Assembly: GCA_030704615.1 (NCBI GenBank)
Contig: CM060731.1
Coordinates: forward strand, 7,874,001 to 7,938,000
Direction of reading: 5' to 3'
Length of the DNA: 64,000 nt
DNA from: Takakia lepidozioides
Taxonomy: Eukaryota > Plantae > Bryophyta
Shown here: in pieces, positions 11,925 through 24,479 of the stretch
How positions within the stretch are numbered: the stretch's first letter is position 1
How the letters are laid out: each line of letters opens with the position of its first letter
The notes under the pieces: model-generated
What the model was told of the DNA's origin: nothing
Seen by the model: only the letters and a program-made list of their open reading frames with translations
Database searches by the model: none
Program-made: the position numbers and the translations under genes

Positions 11925-12410
11925 TCTTGGAAGCATTGGAGGGGGAGAATTTTTGGTCATGGAGGAGAGGGGATCGGGCGGAGAGCAAGAACAAAAGCAA
12001 GCATGGAGAGCACGGGGAAGGAGGAGAGATGATTAGTAAATGCTTGTTATATGCAAAGCTGTAGTGATATTGTAGAGGAGATTAGAGACACAATGGCTTC
12101 GGCCTGATACCTAATAAATCATAATCTGATACTGATACGATACAATCACACTGTGTAGAGAGATCTGAGTGAAGCTGTGGAATGAATGGATGAGTTGATG
12201 AGCAAACTGATACTCAATTATCAATAGTAAGGTAGCTAGCTAACATGAATGAGGAAAGGAAAACAAATAGGAAACATCCCCATGATACACTAGCTGTAGG
12301 TCATGACTGATTGTTCTGAGCGGGCTGAGTACTTAGAGATTTCCAACTCTTCTATCTTGGAGTTTCCGCCTCGGATAGCAAAGGGATGGGTGAGTAAAAG
12401 CCCCGCGACA
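11925..12410 (+). mobile_element. 3' part of a Gypsy LTR (3' or solo LTR) interrupted by element A
   Basis: Matches LTR 34041-34853 and ends ...AAAAGCCCCGCGACA. No PBS follows. Confidence 0.9.
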
Positions 12411-14625
12411 ATCCCTAGCAATCCAACGTACCAATCGCTTCACAACAGTTTCATCTTCGGCCACCATCACTGGGATGCTTCCCATTGGGATATTTGCATC
12501 TTCCATCACATCTCTGTAAATTCCAGCCACATGCTGAAATATATCATCCGTTTCTCCCGCTCTATACTTCAAACCTTTCCTCAAAGACCGTCTTGTAGTA
12601 TCAATAGAAGGACCCCCCACATTTGAAGCCAAAAAATGATGCAATCTCGGACCCCCCCAAAGCTGCACAGTCTCAAACATTGTTTTTGTGCTAGTACCAT
12701 ACCTCTTCCCTTGTGGAGACCTGTCAATATTCTTGCCCATATCAACAAGAAAATCCCACAAACTTTCTTTTCCTTCAAAATCCCCCCTCCTTTGTGCATC
12801 AACAATATCACGACAAAATTTGAGAACATCTCCTCTTTCAATTGCCTCAATCCCAGACTCCTTCAAACTCCTACATCGCACAAACAAGGATGCCACTTTG
12901 GTCCTAGCCTCCCACAATTTGAACCTCAACTGCCTCAACTCCTGTCTGTTTTTGTAAACTTGTTTGACAATCTCGGCATTTCCAAGATATGACAACCTTC
13001 TTCCCTTGCCAGTATCTCTCTCCCCTCTACATTCCATGGCACCTCTTTCTCTATATACCCTCATTCTGAAGTCATTTTCCAAGGGAATGGAAGAACATGC
13101 TGAACATCTCAAGTTTGGAAATGCCTCCCCATCCAATGACACTCTTAAACAATCCGCGTGCCAAAACGTACCAACAACCTTATGCTCTTGATTGTTTAGA
13201 GTGATGGTTGCATTTGTCAACAGCTCGACATACCACTTCTTTCCTCCCTTGCTATCTTGAAGGAATGGTTTCAGAGTTATTCTCTGCTGGTTGTACTCCC
13301 ACCATTCAACCCATAGGCCCCAACACAAACTGTCTCTTCCTTTGTTGCATTGGGACCTTTGCTGTAATTGTCAATCCTCAATCAGATCTGCCCGTTGGGC
13401 AGCGTCAACACAAGTGTATGGAGTTTGTGACGAGGATGCTCCCATTGTTGATGCCACAATTGGATTGTCAAGTGGTGGGGACGGCAACACAGGTTGACTG
13501 ACCAAGAAAGAGCTTAGATCCCGTTGCTTTACATCTTTGGCAATCATAGGCTTTGGAGGCCTTCCTCTCTTTTTGCACAGTCCTTCACTACTTCCAACCT
13601 TCTGACAAATCTCTGCATCGACATGAGTTTTCCTTTCACATGCTCTATCAAAGAAGATTGCAAAGAACCTGTCCTTGGAAACAAGAGTAGCCACTTCAAA
13701 TCAAGTGGGCACCTAATCCTTATGGAACCCAACTGCGAATAGTCTCCAATTGTGGCTTCCACAGTCTCAAATCTATTTCCAGGATTGTCCTCACAAAACC
13801 GAGCAACTTCCTCTAATGCCTCCTTCACCCTGTTCTTCTTTGCATCTAATGCTTCATCTGCATTTACAGGGCTGATGACACATTGTGATGAACCCTTCCC
13901 ATGACGCCTCTCATAGGCTATGCGATGCCCCTCACTCCTCAAATGAGATCTCATAAAGTTTGCACATGCATCATATGGTTTGTTTTTCCCAGACATTGCA
14001 TAAACATCCTCACACTCAACACACCATATGTGGAACATTGCTTGTCCTTGTTGATCCTTTCTCATGAGCTCAAACTTGTCACATCATCCTTCTGCAGAGA
14101 TTTTCCTTTCAATGGCTCTAATCTCTTTCTGCCATTTTTGAATATCGTTGGATGTAGCCAACGTGCTGCACAATCTACCAGATCTCTGCTGAAGTGCATG
14201 CTCATGTGCATGGTCTTCATTTCCACCATCGCCAGCAAAGGGTGTATCAGGGTCCATCCTCATCTTGGTAGACACTGGTGCCGGGTCCTCGCCTGGTTTG
14301 TCCTCATGCAAGATCGTAGAACCACTGGAAGATAGAGGTCTTTTCAATCCTTGGTCCCCATCATTTTGGTCTGAAATCTTAATGTGTACAGTATCCCCTT
14401 TCAGAACCATCCTCTCTTCCTGCTTGGCTGAAAGGACACTACCCCCCATGGAAAGGAAATGAAATTTTGCTGAGACAAGCTCATCACCTAGAATTTCTGC
14501 TCGGATGCATTTGTATGTGACACCTTGCATAGTGAACACAGAACCAAGCCTATTTGGTGATGCATCTCCTCCAACGAGCAGGACTTTTACTTCCAACTCT
14601 TCTTCCATGATGAGTTTCACCTGCA
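12411..14625 (-). pseudogene. P-element/THAP9-like transposase relic (frameshifted, truncated by LTR) with Zn-finger-like repeats and an AT-hook
   Basis: Consecutive frames 14647-14084, 14065-13544, 13694-13371 and 13328-12411. Motifs WCVEC...HLRSEGH, KKRGRPPK and RLHHFLASNVGGPSIDTTRR...PVMVAEDETVVK resemble the P-superfamily LPS..tl / DE region. Recognised by eye only. Confidence 0.55.
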
Positions 14626-14961
14626 AAATGCAATGAAAACATTTCAAATCAGACCTTGATAGACCAATAACAAAGCACCCGGGTTGGAAGGTTCCAAAGT
14701 CTTGTTTTATACAACCCTATAGGCTGTCCAAGCAGGGACTACGTTGATAAGAGGATGAAATGTATACAGAAGCAAGTACCTGATTGATGAGTTTGACGTT
14801 GCTAATTCTTGCTGCTGCTATTGACCAAATGCTACTACTTCCACTGCTGGTAGCCCTCTTGGGTGATCCTGAACCCACAGTCCATCCTTGCATCAGTGGC
14901 TAGCCCTCCCTCCACACTAACATATTTAAATACAAAGTTCTGTCAAACTCCCTACGATGTT

Positions 14962-15955
14962 TGTCGAGCGGCTTTTACTCACCCATCCCTTCGCTATCCG
15001 AGGTGGGAACTCCAAGATAGAAGAGTTGGAAATCTCTAAGCACTCAGCCCGCTCAGAACAATCAGTCATGACCTACAACCAGTGTATCATGGGGGTGTTT
15101 CCTATTTGTATTCCTTCCCGTATTCATGTTAGCTAGTTACCTTACTGTTGGTATTTAAGTATCAGATTGCTTCAGCAATCTATCGGATTCCATCAACTCA
15201 TCCATTCATTCCACAGCTTCACTCAGATCTCTCTACACAGTGTGAGTATGAAGTATGAATCAGATTAATATCTATCAAGTATCAGGCTGAAGCCATGAAG
15301 TCTCTAATCTGTTCTACATTACAACTCTACTGCTTGCATTCATCAAGCATCAACAGATCGTTCTCCTCCTACTCCGTGCTCTCCCTCTTTCTACTCAAAG
15401 ATGCGCTATCCGCTTCATTTCCCAGCTGTGATGCCCGAAAACCTTCAAGAAATCATTCTCCCCCCAGAAGTAGTCCCTGGAAGTGATTCCTAGACCTCCC
15501 CGCTCTTCGCTTTTTCTACCTACAAGCTGTTCTAACCGCTTTCCTAACTAACCGTCATCCCTGTAGTACACGTTCCTTTCTCAGATGTCGTTCCCCCACC
15601 GTCGTTCCCTGCCAATGATAACTGTTCCCCAGCTGTGCCGAGCTGTGACTGGCTGTATCAGGCTGTGGCGGGCTGTGACTGGCTGTGTCGGGCTGTGTAG
15701 GGCTGTGCGAAGCTGTGGCGGCTGTGTCGGGCTGTGACGGGTTGTGTTGGACTGTGATGGACTGTGTCAGGCTGTGTCGGGCTGTGTTGAGCTGTGACTG
15801 GCTGTATCAAGCTGTGGCGGGCTGTGACGGGCTGTGTCGGCTGTGACTAGTCTATGTAAAAAAATAAGGGTACCTCTTGGAACCCATAAAAGTGTCTAAG
15901 TCCCAGACCCCACAGAACCCATAAAAGTGCCTAAGTCCGAGACAGTCCTCTAACA
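14962..15955 (-). mobile_element. Gypsy 3' LTR (minus-strand copy)
   Basis: Reverse complement begins TGTTAGAGGAC and ends ...CGACA. The PPT (rc GAGAGGGGAAGGGG) abuts at 15956-15975. Contains GGCTGTG 10-bp repeats. Confidence 0.9.
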
Positions 15956-15989
15956 TTACCCCTTCCCCTCTCAAAAAGCCGTGTCCTCA

Positions 15990-17667
15990 TGGTTTACTGT
16001 TTGGGATTTGGAAACCGTTGTGAGCGAGCACCCTTCTGACGGTGAGAGTCTCATGAAGGACTCCTTGTGCGATCTCGAGTCCTGTCACTGGTTGATGGAG
16101 ATGATTGAACACTACCTGGAAATGTCAGTCCTTTCTTTGGCTGATATCGAGGTAATCTTTTAGGCATAGGAGACCCCCGTCGCTTCTTCTCTGCCATCTG
16201 AATTGCATAGTCATCTGCCATGTCAAAATAGTTCGCTGAAGAATCAGTAGTATCAGAATCCTCATCGCCTCTCCGGTGTTTTAACGGCCGAACTTTTTGT
16301 GGAATCCTCTGGGGCATACAATGTGGTCCCACCATGTCTGGAAGTTTAAACTGTAAAACTTGTTGTAAGCGCTGAATTGCAAAATTGGTGAAGACCCTGA
16401 ACTTCTTGTCTGTCCAGGTGAGTGGTGTACCAATGACTTGTGAATTGTGCAAATATTTCCATGCCTCTTGGCCCTTAAAGAAAATATCGTCAGGCCCGAA
16501 TTTCTGTGTTGACAAATTGTTCCAGGCCGCATGAAACCATGAACGAAGTTGGGAGTCCTTTTGCATCATCACCTTTGCATCATAGATGTACATATGAGGT
16601 GGCACTGAAGGTAAGACCCAATGATCCCCACTGGAATAACTCCGAAAGCGCGATTGCATCTTCTGCTGCTCAATGTGATAACGTGCCAGAAAACATGCAG
16701 CATAGTATAACCCGCAGCCCATGACAATACTTGCTACCTCCTTGGTCTTGGTATAAATGAATCCATGTACAACTTGGAAGGCAATTAATTCCTTCAACAT
16801 GGTACTTGCCTCATGCCAGTACTGCGCAAAGTGATGATCCTCAATGGGTTGATTGTTCGGAAGAACCTTAGTCCTAGTTGCCACTGGCAGCCAAATGGCA
16901 TAATCTGGTAGTAATGTGCCAACGACTGTGGAGGACTAAATTCCTTCCAAGCCAAATCCAACATAATTGGAATTTGGTTGAAGGGCATAATCATAGCCCG
17001 ACTGTACTCCCGTGCAGCAGGAGTTTTAGGTGGGTTGAAAGCATCCCCCCATACCTCAGGCTGTGGTGGTTGTTGTGTGGCTGTAGTAACAACAGGGTCA
17101 GCTACTGTCACAGTGACTTGTTGTGGTCTTGGTGGCACTGGCTCTTGTACCACTGGCATCTCCTACACCCCCTGCGAAGAAGACTGAAAAGCCAAAGTTC
17201 TGGCTTGTAAATAAGAAGCCATCAGCTGCTCCTCAGGTACAAAGACTCTCTTGTCAATATTTGATGTCAGGTCCTCCACCTGAGTCTGCAGGCCGTCTAC
17301 ATCCTCTTGTAGCTCCTATCCTACTATAGACATTGTCTATAGTAGTTGTGGCAATGTTCTGCACTTGCAGTCTGAGCTCAGTCATCTTGCTTTGGGTGAG
17401 CTTTCGTGGTGCTTTGCCTTCCACCGGCCCTTGTGCTAACCAGACCTGCATAAGGTGGTTATCCACCAAGTTGCTTGTGGTACCCTTGAGAGTCTGCTCC
17501 TCTGTAAGTCTGTACACGTCTATCTGCTGTTGTAAAGCCTCCATGCGCTTTGCATGAGGTTCAACCAAATTTGCATATGCAGCAGCCAGATTATTGGCTT
17601 CCTACCAAGCCTTCTTAGCCACATAGAGTTCATTTCTATTTACCCTTAGCGTTTGTTGCAACTCCAG
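15990..17667 (-). pseudogene. 3' portion of the Gypsy extra 3' ORF
   Basis: Translations (VEPHAKRME, ATRTKVLPNNQPIEDHH) match 44150-45730; frameshifted. Confidence 0.85.
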
Positions 17668-18202
17668 GAGCCAGGAGCGAGGACTGGAAACGAATCAATT
17701 CGGGAGGATCACTTCTTGGAGGGACTTCGGACATCACTGGGGGGGAAATGAAGGAGAGACGCATCTCTGAGCAAAAAGAGGGAGAGCACGGAATAGGAGG
17801 AGGACGATCTGTTGATGCTTGATGAATGCAAGCAGTAGAGTTGTAATGTAGAGCAGATTAGAGACTCCATAGCTTCAGCCTGATACTTGATAGATATTAA
17901 TCTGATACATACTTCATACTCACACTGTGTAGAGAGATCTGAGTGAAGCTGTGGAATGAATGGATGAGTTGATGGAATCCGATAGATTGCTGAAGCAAAC
18001 TGATACTTAATTACCAACAGTAGCGTAACTAGCTAACATGAATGCGGGAAGGAAAACAAATAGGAAACACCCCCATGATACACTAGCTGTAGGTCATGAC
18101 TGATTGTTCTGAGTGGGCTGAGTGCTTAGAGTTTCCAACTCTTCTATCTTGGAGTTTCCGCCTCGGATAGCGAAGGGATGGGTGAGTAAAAGCCGCGCGT
18201 CA
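17668..18202 (+). mobile_element. 5'-truncated Gypsy 5' LTR
   Basis: Highly similar to 46272-46807, ends ...GCCGCGCGTCA and is followed by a PBS. Confidence 0.9.
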
Positions 18203-18790
18203 TTTGGCGACCATACTGGGGAACTGGGTCATGAACAACCAGATGTGACACGCATCTGGTGGGATCATGGTGGTTGGAGAATTAAAGAATTTGATGTGAA
18301 TCAAATTCCTTGTGAAACTGAGAAGGAAAGATTGTCCAAACGATTCTTTCAGAGATTCTTGGAATTGCCAGACGGTTGTAAAGAAAACATTCTTAAGAGA
18401 GTGCATGATGCTGACCCTGAATGGGGTCTGGAGAAAGGAGTGATAAAGATTTATCAGGTGGCCTGTAGAGGAAGAGCACGTTGGTTACCAACATTGGTAT
18501 ATGTGATAACATTGCTATCCATTAAGCGAGTAGAGTTTGAAGGCTGGGAGGAAAGAAAAGTGAATGTTTTTACTCATATGCATGAAGAGCTTGTACTGGT
18601 AAAGAATTGGATTCCAAAGGATATTTTGTGGATCAAACTCACACCAAGAACAGCTTTCCAGACTTGTTTGCCATATGGTTATATGGTAACGGAGACTTCT
18701 AGTATAGCCAAGGGTGCATTGAAGCTTGAAAGAAACCCAGGCATATACGAGAGATATTACAGAAGAGAGTTTTGGTTATTGCCACATTAA
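18122..18790 (+). CDS. Extra 5' ORF of the Gypsy family, upstream of gag, unknown function
   Basis: Open in both copies (also 34746-35441) with mostly conservative changes. Confidence 0.55.
   Translation: MLRVSNSSILEFPPRIAKGWVSKSRASFGDHTGELGHEQPDVTRIWWDHGGWRIKEFDVNQIPCETEKERLSKRFFQRFLELPDGCKENILKRVHDADPEWGLEKGVIKIYQVACRGRARWLPTLVYVITLLSIKRVEFEGWEERKVNVFTHMHEELVLVKNWIPKDILWIKLTPRTAFQTCLPYGYMVTETSSIAKGALKLERNPGIYERYYRREFWLLPH
18205..18222 (+). promoter_or_regulatory. Primer-binding site, tRNA-Arg-like
   Basis: TGGCGACCATACTGGGGA begins 2 nt after the LTR end and resembles the complement of plant tRNA-Arg 3' ends. Confidence 0.75.
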
Positions 18791-18811
18791 AAAAAATGAA
18801 AGACATGGGAC

Positions 18812-19585
18812 ATGAGTGATGAAAGAGAAGCTAGACGCCAGAGATATTCAGCAAAAAGAGAAAGCTATCTGAAAGCTAATTATCCATATCTTTGGGAGAG
18901 AGGAATAGACATAGGGGAATTATCTGGACCTCTCACGCCATTAAGATCAAAGAGTACATCACCCATACCAGAAGAACTAGAGTTGAATGACACTCCTGCT
19001 GTTTCTTTGCAAGAAAGATTAAGGGAATTGGTACAGGAAGAAGATCAATCACGAGGTGAAAGATCTGAGGTACATCCCTGGATAAAAGATTTGACATAAA
19101 TCTTTGATAAGAGTTGGCATGGAACACCAAAAGCAGGAACTCCAGTTTCTGAAACGGAAGGTGAAGAAGGAGGAGAGGATGTGGCAGAGCCAACGGAGAG
19201 TTCAGACTCTCCAACACCATTGCAGTTGAGTTACATGAGTGAAGAAGAAACCCAAGGGCAGAACTTGGAGGATGAAAACAGAGAGAAGAAATTGGAAGAG
19301 GAAGAATATGAAGAAGTAGACCCAACAGCTGAGGTTGAGACTACAACCAGGACATCCCAACCCGTTGGACCTGGATCAAGTGGAGCACTTGGATCACAAG
19401 CCAACGAAGGTGTCGGCTCAAGGGGATCAGGCGGGCTGCCTGGATCTGGCTCTGGGGGGACAGGGAGTGTGGGAAGTAGTGCAACTGGAGCTGGGAATAC
19501 TGTGAATATCGTGGGGCCAGTAGTAGGGAGTGCTCAAGGGCCACCACTTGGTGGAAGATCCACCACAACAACAACAGGTCCTGAA
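18812..19585 (+). pseudogene. Gypsy gag N-terminal part, split by element B
   Basis: Colinear with 35463-36230; continues at 31995 after the TSD. Confidence 0.85.
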
Positions 19586-20291
19586 GGGGGGTGCTATTCT
19601 GTGAGCCCGGAGGCGTGAGCCTGTGAGCCGAGGAAACCGTGAGCCCAGCACAGGCTCACGCCACGTCAGCATACATACAGGGCCTATTTCCGCGGGTGTC
19701 ACCTATTTCTGCGGGTTGATCAGCCATTTCCCGGGAATGCAGAGTGGATATGTTACATCCATTGTATCCATTGCATCCATGCAGACGTTATCAACATACC
19801 AAGCCCTCACAAGTTTATGTGGGTACGTCGTGAGGAGGTGCACACTGACATGATCTAAAGCGGAACCCTGCGAAATCTTTTCTTACTCACCACCCTTGCG
19901 AACATGCCAGGTATGTGCGGGAGCATCATGGATGCTCATTAGATTTGAGAATGCCTCACAGCTCTTTGATGAGGTGGACTTCACCGTGATGGATTCACCA
20001 ACCATTCTTCTAGCAGGAATGGTTTGGAGACCAACGAGCAACTGATGCGAGAATGCTCTACACGAACCAAAGTCGTTTGTTTGTATTTGCAATGCACTCA
20101 AGTCTGTGAGGTCCAGAGAACACTAAATAGATTGAAGGAACAATCCGGGCAGTCCATGCAACCCCCATCTCCAACAATAGTTTGTTCCCATTAATGTGCA
20201 TTCCACGCACACATTGCAAACAGGACAACAAGGACACACAACCATCCTATTTCAAATTTGGCCCCGAATAAAACGAAAAGAAAGCTTCATA

Positions 20292-23200
20292 TCAAGTGTC
20301 ACAGTCATCAGAATCAGTCTCGACCTCCTGTGCTATGTCATCCACAAAGATTCTGGCCCCAACACCACGTCTTCTACCACGGCCGTGGATAGGTGGACTC
20401 CGAGTGCCATGAACGGTCATGCTTGTTGCGAGTGCCTCCGCATAGACAGGTAGCACGCAAGACCGAGGAGGACTGGAAAGAAGTCCAAACAGGTGTGATA
20501 GCCCTGGAGGGCAAGTGGAAGCACGCGGACTCCTGCACATGTCGACAAAAACCCATTCAGAACACAATATGCAATACACAAGTCCAACAAAGAGGATGTC
20601 TGCCATGTGAACTTTGCCTCAAGAAGAGTGATTCTCGATATTGAAACAACAATGCAAGCATGCACAGGTTGAACTTACTCACAGGCAAAGTCGGAGTCCA
20701 GCTCCTTGTCGGAAGTCTCCTCTGTATCAATATCAGCGGGACGGGGCTTCGGAAGGACTTGAGAAGTGTGTCCACCCAAACCCATAAGGAGGTTGTTGTA
20801 AATCTCAGCATCCCCTTCAATCCCAAAGAGATGTCGGGCACTGGCCTTGCAAGCGTGGTACGAAGCACCTGCAGTGGAATAGAATGAAGGAAGCAGACAT
20901 TGAAGACACATATGGAACGGTGGGAAGTACTGAAAGTGCAAGCTCAATCAAACCTCATGAAATCCGAATGTTGAAGAGACGAACCTGTGCCCATTGACAA
21001 ATCCAGAACTCTGGCGTCTGTGTAGGTGCAGCACTCCACAATCGTTTGAATGAAAGCCGGGCTCCTCTCCCTCGCCCCTCTCCAAGGAACCCCATTCCCC
21101 CTTCGCAAGCAGACGTTGCTGTCGACGTAGTTGTGGTGCATGTCATCCGTTGGAGGATCTGTCCTGTCGTCTATGAACTTGCCCCCATGAGTGATGGCGA
21201 ACTCCGAAATGCGGCCGGAGTCGTTGGTGGATGCACTCGGACGAGACAAACAGCTTCAAACAAACGAGTCTGCGAACAACACATTCAAAGGAACTAAGAA
21301 GCTTAAAAAATCAGGCCCCTACATATGAGATCGAGCGACCTATACAACTCCATCCGAGAACCACCAAGAAGAGGAAGAAGAAGGTAAATTTACCATCTCT
21401 CCCGGACGATCCCCCTTCGTAAGGTACATGCTGTTCACACAATTCCATGTCTTCAGGACTCTCATGCCCGAGGCTTTCAAATAGCTGGCAAGTGCACGGC
21501 GACAGCGAACGTCGGCGGACTGTATGAGCACCAAAACACCTGCATCGGACAGGAAAAAATTGCAAAAGGAGAAAACCCACCGCCAGTAGCGCTCATCAAA
21601 AGCATTCCAACCCGGACAAGCACCCGATGGAGGGACATCCGGGACTGCCAACCCATCAGGGATGTCCAAGATTATGAGTTCGGCTGCATATTGCTTCTCC
21701 TTCCCGTTCACCCAGGATTTGGTCATTTTAGCCTGCAAACAAAATTACAATGGAATACTCAAGAGGATTGAAACGATCCATGCCCACTGCAGAGAACATG
21801 CAAAAGAGAACACGCACCGTGCCGAGGAACTGTACAATCCTCTCCCACACTGGTGATGGCTCGCCCTTGTAATCAGATTTCTTCGACTCCATCATGGCAA
21901 GGAATCCGACGTTGGCCATCTCCAACCTGGTAGGGCGAATGACCCTCGTCGGATGTTCCACTGCATGGTACGGGTCCTTGGGATCAACCACCCCCTTGTT
22001 CTTTCTCACGGATCCCCTACCATGCGGTGGAGTCTGCTGGACATGCACCACTGGGCCAATATCTGCAACACTTCCCTGCCCTTGTGCCACCTTCCCTCTA
22101 CCCCTTCCTTTCCCCACAACACCAGCAACATCTTTCCCCTTTGCCTTTCTACCTCTACCCGGGGTATCCTGAGCGGGAGGCTCCTTCTCTGCAAGAGTCC
22201 TCAAATTTCGCTCATGAATGTCGAGGTCGGCTGCTGCGGCAGTGGCTGCAATTCGCTCATTCTCTCTCCTCAAAGACACCTCCGGAGCTGGGGTCTCAGA
22301 AGGAGGGCAATCCAAATACCAACCACAAGAAGATAGATGGTCTGGGCCCCAGTCATGCAAGATCCCAGTAGTAAACATAGTCTGATTTCCAGCAGGGACA
22401 AGCCAGAGGTCCACGAAATCTGGATGTTTGTCCAAACAATTCTCTTCCATGAGAACAAACTTTATGTACCTGCAGGAACAAAGACAGCCTCATTATGCAA
22501 TGCAATTATTGTCTCTCAGTTTTTCCATCACATTCCCCTTAAACTGTATGCGTCACAGTACATTGCAACCACAGGACACCAAGTAAACTGAACTGCCCAG
22601 GGAGTGCACCTGTAAAGGCATCGTTTCCAGGCTTCCTCTCCTTTTTCTTGCTGGTCAAGGTCATGTGTTCGACTGATGCCACCCTCCTTGCTGAACTCTC
22701 TAAAGAAACAAGAGTGCCACACTGTGGCTCTCCATTTCCTCATGTATGCTTCGAAGGAGACCTTCGGTGCTGTCATAGTGATGCCATAGTCAGCCAGCTG
22801 AGTATGCAGAACCGACCGTGCCCTTTCTTCCAACTGCAAAACAATTCAAATGCAAGAATGAACCCAAAAAAATCACTGCGAATGTGAGAGGCAATGGAAA
22901 GAGAAGGACAGGAAAAGAGAAAAGAAAGTGACACAGGAAAGGACAACACACCTGGCTCCAGTAAGTGGCCTTGTGAAGCCATGTGTCCAGCACATTGTCA
23001 CTGACTGGAATGACACGCTGGGTCTTCTTCTCTTTCTCCGGCCTGGGGAACATGTGTGTATCCCTAACTGTGGGATCGGAGTTCCATATCTGTAGCCACT
23101 TCACCTTCTGTTCTGAAGACACAACGGCGGTAGACAACCTGTGTAACTTCTCCTGGGCCATCTCTGGCTTGCCTGGCTTGTTATAATGGTTTTTTATCTC

Positions 23201-24390
23201 CAAGAGAAACTGCGCTCCGAATGATGGGTCGGCAATTCTCAACTGCTTCACAAAAGCACTCATTATAGTCCTTCTTGTAGCGGTCATCTCTTTTTGGATG
23301 TGAGTCTCAACCCCCTTTGCTGTCCTTCTCTCCTCAGGGGTTGACCTGTAGTATTCCAGTTTGCCACGCTCCCCTGCATCTGCAATGTCTTGCTGCAAGG
23401 GAATGCACGAGAGTTGCATGAACCGAAGGGCAAGGGAAACAAACAGAAACAAACATGTGGAAGCAGGACTATGGAAAGGGCAGATGAAGGAAGATGTATC
23501 TCACCGTGTACATGTACTCCATGAAAGCCTCGCGTGTCAACGAGTACCACGTTTCCGATGTCTTGGAGCTTTCGCACTTCTTGTACGTCTCCGCTGAAAG
23601 GATGGTCTTGAAGTTGGTCAAGGGCATCTGCCCGATCCTTTGTATCCTATACAGTGTGTGAACCAGACTCGTTTTGACATGCGATGTCTCCGTTCCTCTG
23701 CAGAATGATATCTGAAAGTCAGAATGAAATTCAAGGACTTTAATCAAAGAACCAAGGAACTGCAAGTGGAACAGGTAGAATGAGAAACCAACCTGTTCAC
23801 ATCATTCATTGCCGTCAGAAGACCCATCATGTTCCCCTCACAATCCAGCACCATCGATCGAACAGAGTAATGCCACTCTTCCTCCTGTGAGTGCAGCCTC
23901 CCAATAACAGCCATCCATGCAAGCAATCGGTGGTTCCCATCCCAAACGTGAAACATCTTCCCCGAGAATGCCTGGGTGGAAGGTTTCCTGGAGAGAAGAA
24001 GTTCGAAGGATTCGTTCACCTGTCTCCAAATAGGATCCCAGGAGTCCACGATTGACTCATCCACAAGGAGCTCATTGCCAGTGGAATCCTTTGTACAAAC
24101 GTAAAACACTGCGGATCCATCCAAATACCCATGAACAAACTCGGCCTCTAGCTTGAGAATGTCCTTGATGAGGGGTGGTTGAACGACGGGCATGGAAACC
24201 ATCCTACACAGGGGAATCTTCAACCTCCCACCCGGGGCAAGCATACTTTGCACCACAAGCTGAGAGTTTACCTTCTGACCCCCCAGCATCTCAGCGGCTT
24301 TGCTTTCATAGAACTCATCGTCAACATCAACAATGATATCCTTCCCCAGTCCCGAAGGGATCTCCTCCGCCACACTTTGCATCTTCTCCT
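20292..24390 (-). CDS. Multi-exon ParB/Srx-like + beta-class N4C/N6A DNA-methyltransferase-like fusion protein (probably frameshifted near 21255; 5' exons likely beyond the 347-bp array)
   Basis: ParB-like: LKIPLCRMV...MFHVWDGNHRLLAW (23744-24382). MTase motifs in beta order: ELIILDIPDG (motif IV-like, DIPD at 21655-21666), FFLSDAGVLVLI, RERSPAFIQTIVECCTYTDARVLDLSMGT|GASYHACKASARHLFGIEGD (motifs X/I/II). GT-AG introns separate these blocks. Confidence 0.8.
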
Positions 24391-24479
24391 GCAGGGTTGT
24401 CCATTCAAATTGACATAAGAGTGAGGCATTAGACGAGAGTGTTTGAGCATGGCAAACAGGCCATTTGTGGTAGAAAAGG

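Noticed and set aside
20292-24390. Bacterial or prophage contamination explaining the ParB-MTase
   Set aside because: The gene is split by GT-AG introns and lies within a TSD-flanked MULE nested in an LTR retrotransposon.
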